Shown here: in pieces, positions 1 to 12,000 of the stretch | Position numbering within the stretch: position 1 is the first letter of the stretch | Layout: the number at the start of each line of letters is the position of its first letter | Origin: Saccostrea cucullata | Taxonomy: Eukaryota | Reading direction: 5' to 3' | Length of the DNA stretch: 64,000 nucleotides | Assembly: GCF_032062105.1 (NCBI RefSeq) | Contig: NW_026932716.1 | Span: forward strand, 248,001 to 312,000 | Notes under the pieces: generated by a model | The model's database searches: none | Told to the model about the DNA's origin: nothing | What the model saw: the letters and a program-made list of their open reading frames with translations, nothing else | Program-made: the position numbers and the translations under genes

Positions 1-3000
1 ATGAGGGTCAACCAGAATTCGTCTTAAAGCCTCTTCTGGTCTCACCAAACCACACCATACCTAAAAAAGTGAGCACATTTTATAGTACACGCTGCACATC
101 TACATAATGAGTAAAATTAAGTTAAAATAATATTAATTTATCTGTCGAACATTTAAACTTTTAATAATATGATTTTATAAAACCTTCAGGAAAAATGAGA
201 GTTACTTACCTTTCAATGAGATAAACACAGTTAAAAAGTACAGGCCATAGGAGAGTTACTTACCTTTCAATAAGATCATATCTCTTTGTAACAAAAGCTA
301 TAGTGCAAATGAGGTTTACTTACGTGAGCAGCATTTAAGAAGAAGAGTTGTTTAGGTGTATACTCTAATCCTGGGAGGTGAGGTTCTGGTTTTCCATCTC
401 TAGCCTTCTTCAACCATTTCTGATATGCCTGTTAAATTTTAACAAAACTGAATGTGTGAATGTATTTTGTTACTTGTTGTTATAAAATAATAGAACTTTT
501 ATTTAAATTCTTATTTGATTTAGTTTGTATGTGTACATAATTCTTATTGCTATTAAATGTTTATAATAGCTAATAACTTTTAGACTATTTTTAAATAAAT
601 AAATTTTAGTAACACGTCATTTGTTTGGGTAAAAGGTTTTATCCATTCTGTATAACATAAGTTGCCTGCATCACATTGAGTTATATCAAAAAAATATATT
701 ACTCCGCTTGACGTTACTTTTAAAATATACTCAATTTGAAGCCTTTTTCTGGAAGAAAAAATTTCTCATTGTTTACATTGAAATTAAATTATAAGGAATG
801 AAGCTTTGCAGTTTAGAAAGCCTAAATCCTCCCAAGTTATGTTATATATCATATATTAACAAAAGTTGAAATAAGCTTCATTCCTTAAAAAAAGTAATAA
901 ACACTAAAGTACTTTATAGCATTAAATCCCCCTTCTCTGGAATTCTATTGCACATGTTATATTAATAGAAAAATAATTCCTTGCTTTAGCAACATTCATA
1001 TTCCGTTCTCTACAATAAGATGTATGCCTTACCATCCAGCTCTCCTTTAGTCCGCCATTGTCAGCAATGTTCTCACCAAGGGTAAGTTTACCATTTAACT
1101 GCAATAGTCAGAAAGTTTGTACAGTGTTCAATATGTAACATTTGACACCTGGTTCATTATTTTTTTCTTGTACTGAAAGTACTGAAAGTACTGATAGGAT
1201 TTGATTTATGCACAGAGCAATCAAACCTTTATTATGCAAGATCTTGTTGGACTTCAATCTTACTAACAATTATTTTAAGAATACAAATCAGACCTCTGAT
1301 ATAGGGAAATTGCTAGATATAACATGAAATAAATCATGTCTCAAAGATTGATAACATTCGCGTGATTTTTAACTATCTACTGATGTTTGGAGTTTTGGGG
1401 TTATTAGAAATACCAAAAGAATACTTACTCTTTGTAACAGCGTTTGCTCGAATCAATGTGGTACTTCCTAATATAACTTCAAAGAATATACGCAAGTATT
1501 TAAAAATAACCATACCTTGTTTTTTTTAAAAGCAGGATTGGAACAAAAGGGAATTTCTCCTTTTCAAGATTATTTTAAGACCTCATAAAAATCGTCGATA
1601 GGGAACTCAATATTCTTGGCAATGTTGATATCAAAGCATTTGTGCGAGAAAAAAGTGAGTGATTTATAAGTATTTTAACCCAACAAATCAGAGATAAGTA
1701 AAACATGTATTTCATAGAATCTGTTGTCTATGACGTCAAAATGCCTGGAGTTTAATGAATCGAAATTTTTTTTTAATTCTTTTTATAGGAAATGAAGAAG
1801 TAATGGATTGCTAGAATAGGTATAGATACCGGTATTAGTAAACAAAATTGGTATAAAATGACGTCGTATAGACTATTTTCTCATCGAGTAAGGGCCGGTA
1901 CACACGGTAAGGCTTGCCTTATAAGTCTAGAACCTTACGTTTTGCAGGACGTACGGCTCTCATGTCCATATGCTAAGGCAAGACTTACAATATTATAAAC
2001 AACAATTACATAAATTCCATGTGTTTTGAGCCATTAACAGTGCACATTGGTAAACGGAAAAATAGATTACTAGCTAGGACTTTAATATATTTTTATTGAC
2101 CAATGCATCCATACTTCTTAACAAAGAAGAGGGGATTGACTGAAGTATTTGTGAATATTTCATTATCTTATTCGAATATATACTTTGTGTTTTCTTCATT
2201 ATAGCATTGTGTATGGTTTTATAAAAAAAAGATTGAACTTTGGATAAATGGTTTTCATTGTTCAAGAAGTAAATGTCAGCTAAGTTTTGTATTTAGAAAT
2301 AGTCTAAATACAGCAGTGTTCTATTCCTAAGTCAGAGACTTGTAAGGCTCGAAAAAAACGTGTATTAAGGGTGTACACACGGTAAGGCTAGAACTTAAGT
2401 TTCATGACTTATAAGGCAAGCCTTACCGTGTGCACTGGCCCTAAGGTATAATTACATGTTTATGGAATTTTGATATCCTGTCCTTTTTCGCAATTCTGTT
2501 CTGTACAACATATGCATCAATCATAGTTTATGTTTGTCGATGCGTTCTCTAGGACCTTACCTTTTTATCGGCCTCCTCTACAGTATATCCACTGTACTGA
2601 TCTGTCATACAGTCCGCCTTCGATTTAAAGTTTGTAATGGAAGTGTTGCTCCACCACTGTTTTAGATTTCCGAACCCATCATACTGTCGGCCTAATAAAA
2701 AGGTACTTCCGTTTGACAGCTGCATTATGCATAAAGTTGATGTATGATTTAAGCATCCGAAAGAAAAACATCATAAATTTTTTAAAGGTAAAATTTTGAT
2801 ACAAGGAATTTTTTTAACTGTTCTATTACTTTACATTGAAAAAAAATGGTTAATACCTAAAGTGGTCAATCTATATGATATAAATAATCTAGATTTGCGA
2901 TCGTAACATAAAAAAACTAGTATAAAGCCCTCTTTTTATTCTGCTTTAGACAAAATTGTACTTCCCCAGTGATACTCACCACTATCGTCAAAACCATGCG

Positions 3001-6000
3001 TCATCTCATGACCTATGACGTAACCTATCCCTCCATAATTAAGGTACCTGAAAAAATATACGTTTTTTTTAACAGCATAAAATGATTTTGCTTATAGGTC
3101 AGGCAGGGGATGCTCACTCCTCCGTGGCACCTGATCCCACCTCTGATGTTTTGGATGTCCGTGTTTGCTCTGCTCCTATTTTGTATTGTTTTATGGACTT
3201 TTGATCATGAATACTGTTCGTTATCTCCATATCCTTTATTCAAAAATGTCAGCGGAATTCTTACAAGTGTTGGAATTGAAACAGTATGTGCTATATATCA
3301 ATTTGGCCCATGTATACACAAAAATAAAGTGTTCATTTTTATATATAAATAGAACTCACTGAGGGTAACCACTTTTGTAGAATGGCGGTTGTAGGATTCC
3401 GGCTGGAAACACTACAAAGGAAATGGAAAATATGTTTGCAAAGGTTTTAAGGTTTATTATTAACTCATATTCCGGCTAGAAACATTTCATATAAAAGAAA
3501 AAAAATAAACATGATTATTGTAATCTTATACATATAAGACACTTACTTATTTGATTTCTTGCTGGATTGTAGTATGCATTGACCGTTGCTGGAGGAGTCT
3601 CCCATCTGTTTAAAAGGCAAAAGACATTTTTTCTTACCTCATTCTATCCAAATATAAACTATCAGTACACCCTTATTCTTTTTAATAACTCACTTATTCC
3701 TATCCACGGGTTTGGGGAGGATTTCTAAATTCTCTTTGGTTCCCAGCTTCAGGTAGTTTAGGGTGTTTGTAAAGTAATTGTCCGCAGTGAATTTGTACTG
3801 AAAATATTGGAAGACTTTTCATTATTCGTTTATATAAGCTTATTCCTCATGTAGGATTCATCTTAAGTTCCCTTTGTATGCATCCAAAGCTGGGCAGATA
3901 GACATGATAAATTTGATTTATATGTATACAATTTATTCATTTTATAAAACAACTCTGATTGCAAGTGAAAGTACGTACACACTTTATTATGAATAATATT
4001 TATAGTTTCCATTCCTACGTCGACACGATATATCCTGGTGAGCTTGAGATAACAGATACCACGGAGTCTGACACATCTGCTTCATACTAAGATATTTTAC
4101 TTGAAGAGGATGTTAATGGTAATCTTACAACCAAACTATATGATAAACGTGATGATTTTAACTTTTCTATCGTCAACTTCCCTCAGATCATTCGATACAC
4201 AAGGGCATGCTCTACGTATGAACAATATCTAAAACGAGGTAAATTATTGACTAGCAAATTAATGAAACAACAATATCAGCATTCTCTTTTAAAGTCATCA
4301 TTTCGTAGGTTCTATGGTCGATACCTTGTCAGCAAATACAATTCATCATTGAGTCAAATGCTGACTGACGTTTTTCATACTAATTGTTAGTCCATTATTT
4401 AAACACTGAATTGACGAGGGATTTTCCCGTTATTTCCCGATCATGACAAGGAGCATACGGCGGGTGTGACCGGTCAGCAGGGGATGCTCACTCCTTCATG
4501 ACACCTGATCCCACCACTGATGTTTCGGAGGTCCGTGTTTGCTCTGCTCCTATTTTGTATTGTTTTATGGACTTTGTTTTTGAATACTGTTCGTTATCTC
4601 CATATCCTTCTATTGAAACTATATATAAACCTAAAGTATAAAATCAGCGCTTTCAGAGAATTTTGCAAACAATTTCATCAGTAATTTTACTATTAAAAAT
4701 TAATGCAACAACTAAATCTAATACTATACAAGTATTAGATTTAGTTGTTGTATTCATTTTTAATCGTAATCAAGAACTTCATCGCTTAACCTGTTTATAT
4801 CAACTCACGTCTTTATATCTCTCATTCAGGAATGTGTCATTTTTCACTTCCGGTGGGTAACCTATTCTTGGGTGTATTTGATCCGCCTGTCCACAAATAG
4901 AAACAATTAAAATTTAATCAAATGCAGACTTAAAAGAATTAAATTCACCAATATCTGGGATTATCATGTCTAAAACTCCTTTATATAAAAGATAAAATGG
5001 AACTAAAAATCTACAAATCTGTAAGCAGGATATAAAACCAATTACCAAAACAGGTTTTATACCCTGCTTAAAGGTTTGTAGATTTTAGATCAATTTTAGA
5101 TCTTCATAAATTCCATTTCTCCTCCTTGTTTCAATTCTATTTTCAGTGATTCGTAATTTATGCCCTGTTCACATATTTGTTTTCTTGGTAGATTTTTTCC
5201 ATAGATCAATTACTGTACCTTATTTTCACTTTTTCGTAAATATGTCATTCCAGAAGAACGTCAAATTATGTATTTGGTGTATGCAATATTTATATTCTAC
5301 ATTAAGGTTAATGTTTAAACGTAAGAAGTGACTAAAGCATATTCGATAATTTGCAATATCTCCTAGTTATATTTTCCAACTGAGAAATGATACCTTTTCT
5401 CTAGCTTTTCTTTTGGTCTCAGCATCCATCCATTCGTTTCGTGCTAATAAATCTTTCATGGCTGACCTTAAGTTCTCTATCATCTCATCTGCCTGATTTT
5501 AAAATTTAGAAAACCATATAAAATCCTTAAATCGATAACATTAATGTGCATATTGTTACTCCTTTTCTTGCAAGCGTTTTACGGAATTTACATCAAAAAT
5601 CATAATATAAAATGTTACTTTAATCATAAAACAGAAACATATATGGCATTTATATCTTAAAGAATGTTTTTGAAGACAGTATTCAATAAACTGTTATCGC
5701 CGAGATGTTTAGATATAATGGAAAAGAACACATAGCTGGACATTCAATGACTAACGTATTTCATTACAAACTCTTGACAGTGCTATTCGAGAATACCTTA
5801 AGCATTGGAAGGAGATGAATGAGAAAGTTTTTTGAAATGTTATATTGTTTCTTCAATATGTAAAGAGTGTTGGGGTAAGGAGCAGACTTAACCTTGGATT
5901 TGGCTTTGCTGTCGAACGTTTCTTCCAAGAAAGGTTTCCCAACGGCTAACCCCACAATGCTGTTGGCCACACCCACGCAAGTCTTCCAGCGAGGGGGTTG

Positions 6001-9000
6001 AACCGCTGACCCCGTCAACGCCTTAGGAATGGAAAAACAGAGATATTCCAGACACAAGAACTTGATATAATGAGAAAGAATAACATTGAATGAGAACATA
6101 AGGAGAATCAAATTACCTCTCTGTAATCACCATATATTTCTCGAACAATTTTAGGCATTGAACTAACCATCAACTTCAGGGCACGCCATACGACGTAGTT
6201 CTGTAGCATCCTAAAAATTTGGAAAGAACAACTATTGCGTCACTTATTATTAGGTACTTTAATTTAAATGCAAAATAAATCTGTCATTTCTAACCTTTTG
6301 TCTTCATTAGCGAGTGCATTTACAATTCTGGACATATAATCGGGGTTTCTATTAATAACGGGAGTAGACGAATCAACAGTAATATTCAGGTCTTTCCGTC
6401 CAAGAGTTGCTGTGAAATATTGTACCCACTCAAACTAAACAATGTTAAAAAATATATATATTGACAATAGTAGTTAAAATAGCACATAAATAAAACGCAT
6501 ACATATTAAATGTTCATATCAAAATTTGGTTTAACTGACCTTTCAAACACTTACATTATAAAAAGATAATCAAGAAAAACAGAAATCTCACTGATATTTT
6601 TTAGGGGATTTATAATATGCTGACACATAGATCTAATTATAATTCATAAAAAGAACTCAGAGATATTACATGTAAAATATGTACTGACATTTGGATATTT
6701 AGCTTGTAGTTCTGATATCGTCATTTTGTTGTAGAGTTTCTCATCATCTCTCCTCTCGTCTGAAGGCATTGTAGCCTGATCAAAAATTAAATATAACTAT
6801 TAAAAAAATAAATGTTTACATGTACAAAGAATAACATGTAACTTGACCTAAAATAAAATACCCACTTTATTCAAACAATCATCAAGATGACAACATTTTA
6901 CTGTATCAAATAATTCTTATTGACAGAAAAATAAAAACATGTTACTTAAACTATCAAATATTGTACAGTGTATATTTGGCAAATATATAATGCTTCTTAA
7001 GGAACTCAGAACTTTTTTTTCTATTTTAGATTTAATAAATTTCAAGCATCAGAAACTAAATGGAAACAAGAATTTTGTACATTTGCCACGTCTATCTCAA
7101 AGTCCACTATTTCTTTCATGTCGTTTTCGGCGGTTGTAGGATCAGCACCAAAGATAACGGCCATTTTTGTGGCATATGTTTCATACGCCTTCAGTTTATG
7201 GTCATCCCTACCCTTCAGGAAATAGTCCCTATCTGGAAGTCCTAAAGCAGGCTGGTCAATCTGTCAAACATATAAAACATATCAAACCAATAAAATCATA
7301 TCAAATCACCACTGCTACAAGTAAAATAATCATTCATGTACTCTGATCTTGAAATCAATCAATTTTCAACAGAAATCGACATTTGTCAAACTTACATATA
7401 AGATGTTCTTCGTTGGGTTTTTGGAGTCATCATAAACATACATGTCCATAAGAGGCGGACTATTTGTATACAGCCTCATCATCGTTAGAAGTTTCGTCAG
7501 ATCAAACGTGTTCATATCCCAATTCTCTTCCGTCACCGGCCAACCTCCGAGATCTTGTATTAACTTCCGGGCTGATGTTAAATTGTCTTTTTCCAAAGAC
7601 TCTGTGTTGTAAAATATTATTAAAAGAGGCCACAATCTGAAGTTATATTTTCTTATCTATCAATTGTGTTAGCATTTATTTGTTTGTTTGTGGTTTTTTT
7701 TTTTTTTGTATTTACAGTTGCATTTCGTGATAAATGTATAGAATTCTACTTCAACAGTCTCGTTTTAGGTCATCATTTCGTTAGTTCTATAGTCGATACT
7801 ATGACCTTGTCAGCAGAAACAGTGCAATCTATCATTACATCAAATGCTGACGTAGTTCATATCATACTGATTGTTAGTCCATCATTTACACACTGAACTG
7901 CCGACGTGTTTTCCCGATTTTCCCGGAACAGGACAAGGAGCAAACGACGGGTGTGACTGGTCGGCAGGGGATGCTTACTCTTCCATGGCACCTGATCCAA
8001 CCTCTGACGTTTAAAAGGTCCATGATTGCTCTGCTAGTATTTTGTAATATTAAATGGACTTTTGGGAGCGATTACTGTTACGAACTAAAAGGTCCATTAA
8101 ACAATTCAAAATTGGAGTAGAGCAAACACGGACCTGCAAAACATCAGAGACGGGATCAAGTGCCATGAAAGAGTGAGCATCCCTGTCGACTGGCCACACA
8201 AGACGTGTGGTCCTTATCATGATCGGGAAATAACGGGAAAATTCGTGGACAACTCAATGTGTAAATAAAGGCCTTACAATCGGTGTGAAAAAAGTCGTAA
8301 TGATAAATGTAGATAGATACAGTGAAATAATTTTCCTGTCAAAATTCTCATATTCAATTTTCATTGTTTACGTCTTAAAACGATCGCATTGATTCCTATG
8401 TCTTGCTTTATTTGTAAGCTTTTACATATTAACAATTAAACCACATTATTTTAATGAATTCGGTTGTAAGCTGCTGTGCTTAAGCTCACAATTGGATTCA
8501 CCACTTTCAATTTGTTCACGAATAAGTTTAATTATATGAAGTGACTTATAAATTATTAATGATATGTCATATTTCTGAGACCTTGCGTGGGAGATGTGGC
8601 CTTCTTACCAACTTAAAAGTACGGAGGCTTTGTTCACCAATAAAAAACAAGTGAGTGTCAATTCAATTCGAGTCTTTTAAATCAATTCTAATTAGCTTTG
8701 CATAGAAGGACAAGCATGTATATCTATGCGCATATCCTTCCAAAAGGACATCGCACAGACTTTGTAATAAACAGCTTACATGTTAATCATATATAATGAT
8801 TTAGTAGTCAAATGAAACTGAACATATTCAAATCTTTTATGTGAAAAGAAGAAAACACTTGCTGTGGCCTTCAGCTTGACAATTAGATATCTTAATAATC
8901 AATGGTTATTTCAATTCTTATGTCGACACATATTCCAATGGGCTTAAAGTAAAAGATACTACACTGTCTGAAACACCTCCTTCGTAAATGGATATTTCAT

Positions 9001-12000
9001 TAGAAAAAGACGTTCATAGTAGTCTAACAACAAAGCTTCATGATAAACGTGAAGACTAACTTTTGAATCATCAACTTCCTTACTTATGCAGCAATATACC
9101 TTCATCACCTGCACACGGAGTGTATACATCTCAGTTGATTCGATACACAAGAACATGCTCTACGAATGAATAATTTTTAATACATGTACGAGATAAATTA
9201 TCATCAGTTCTGTGGTCAATACAGTGATCTTGGTAGTTGTTTTTCATTCTAATTGTTGGGCCATTATCTATACACTGAATTGACGACAGATTTTTTCGTT
9301 ATTTCCTGATCATGACAAGGGGAACACAGCGGACTTGACCGGTTGGCAGATAATTATGTTTACTCCGCCATGTCACTTGACCCCACCTCTGATGTTTTAG
9401 AGGTCCGTATTGCTTTTCTCCTATTTTGTAATGTTTAATTGATTTTTGAGCTTGAATATACTTCCGTATCTCCACATACTAGTAGTTCACTCTGCTCATT
9501 ATCCTTCAAAACAGAACCAATGAATATCAAATACGAGAAATTTTTCCACAATTGCTTAAAAGTACTGAAAGATGAATTATATTAACTTATTTTTATATAC
9601 AATGTACTAAGTATTGCTCCAAGGCATTTAAGACTAACATTATTTACAAATATTAGAAAAGGTGCTTTAAATTTCATAAAGAACAGTGATCAATTTCAAA
9701 GAATCTAAAAATAATACATACAGACATAACCTCAAATGGATAGTAACTTACGGGGTTGAACACCACGAAGAAACAACATAAACTACTCCTTGAAGACGTT
9801 TCAAGGGAGAGGGCGTAGAAATATATCGAACTTAGGAAGCCACAGGTTTGATAGGCGGCGGAAGATACCCCATCTATGATACTTTTTGTAAATACTATTT
9901 GCCCAATTATCTTGTCTTATAACTACAGGTTTATTCTAGTCTCAACACTGTGTGAATGACGTCTTTATATTCTATTTTAGGGTTGTTGCATTTTTGGAAT
10001 GTTTAGCAAGCCACAACTCTCTCTGTTGCATTAATGAAGTATTGTGCTTTTAGCTTGTTGTATTGAATTTTTAAACTGTTTTATACGTTTTTTATTTGCA
10101 TAATACTTTGTCATTTGTTTGACCATTCCAATTCCTCTACAAGCAGTTGTTTTTTTTCGTGTCAACAGTTATCCATAAATTACATAGTATTCTAATCCAG
10201 GGTATGCTACAAGAGATATACATGTACGTGATTTTATATCTGTGCGGGTTTTAACTTAGTTTGCTATTATAAAAATGAAACAAGTTCATGAAACTTGCTT
10301 TCACTAAACTTTAAATTCTTCTCTTAATTGTTATTGGAAAAAATAAACAAATCTACAAGTAGACATATTATGCAAATTTCGAAGATTTAAAAATATGATA
10401 AACTGTGAATTAAAAACATAACTTGAAGTGCAGTTTGTCAACTGAAGATTGTTTTATATACCTAAGGCAAGGAATTTCTCAATTTTATTACTAAGGTCGA
10501 TTGTTTTGCATTACCTTTGTACACATATAGCTGATTATTATGCATGTTAGTTTTTTAATAAGAATTTTTCAAATGTTTTCATGTTAACCTCTGTCAGCTT
10601 ACATCAATAAACCACTTTTAATCCACGTTTTGAATATAACAACCATTTCAATTAATTCAAACAACTTTTCCATTATTAATTAATTAGATTTACCTATTAA
10701 TTAAACACTTTTCCATAATTAATTAATTAGATTTACCTAAGTCCACACACGACTTGTACAACGTCTTGGCTTTTTTCACTGATTCAATGTCTTGATCACC
10801 GTTATCTTTCTCAAGTAAATCTGTTAAATTACACAAATATTTACAATAAATCAGCAAAATATCATAAACCATGAATATATTTGATTGTGTTTTTGTTGTT
10901 AATTTACTAAAATGTTGATCAATTGCAGTTTTCTTTTTGCTGCGTTCTAAAAGATTCTTAGATGTGAAGAAAATAAATGAAACTTTAAAAAGAATAACAA
11001 TATACACTGTACTTGTTTCTCTCAAAGCATATTTGATAACATTGACTTGAGATAATAATGCCCATTGTTTTCATTAAATTTCTATGCAATAAGAATTTTT
11101 TTAATAATAACTCAATGAAGAAGGCAAAACAAACATTTGAGTATGATGTCGACGGAATCATCCACCTGGTAGAACACGCCGGTGATGGATTTATCTTCCG
11201 GGATCACCTGCTTCTTCCGGTATAACCCGCATGCGTACTGGAAGAAATCGTTACATGGCTCTACTGAGGTGTCGATAGAGTCGATTAAACTTGATGCTGA
11301 AATGAAAGGAATTCATGCTTTTCATTGGAACATATACTTATAAAATAACGTTTCCGTAAATTTCCAAAATCTAAAATAATTTAGTGTTCATCGAGATGCA
11401 ACGTAGTAATATTTAGTAGGTACATTAAACGAAAGAAGGATGCTGTAATTTCCTCTTAATGAATGAGTATAGCTACCTGCTCGCACACATTCCGGTGAGT
11501 TACAGACCTCTGTAAAAAAGAGAGTTATAATAGGCTTTAAAACTGAGGGAATTAAGTAATTCAGTAACCTATATTGGAATGAAAGTCAACGAAGGAACAT
11601 AAGTTTCGTATGATACAATCTCATAGCTGTTATGTCGTTAAAGTGAGCTAAAGAATACACACCTCTAGTTGTGGTTATTATGTCTGGATTTGAGGTACCC
11701 GGATGCTGTTTGTCGGCTCCAGTTTTGGATTCTGCAGATGGAGTGTCGTCATCTTTTTCCGCCCGGATGACGACAACAGCCAGGGCCACTGACACCGCTA
11801 TAATGGCGGCGAGGGCTAGGACCAAAAGACAGTACAGACGCTTTGACCCAGAGCCCTTCTTTGGATCTTTTATACTACAAGGAAACAAAACTAAAAGAAA
11901 CACTTCGAAGGATACAAAAAAGAACAAGTACATTGTAAGAACTTTTTAGCTATCCAAGGGTTCCCGATTCAAAATCGACAAGGATAGGAGACCCTTGACC

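Noticed and set aside
3110-3352. Recurrent small ORFs '[14 protein letters not shown]...' (also 26886, 27464, 54178, 60144) as a peptide family
   Set aside because: They are chance translations of the retroelement 3' terminus; frames, starts and stops are not conserved between copies.
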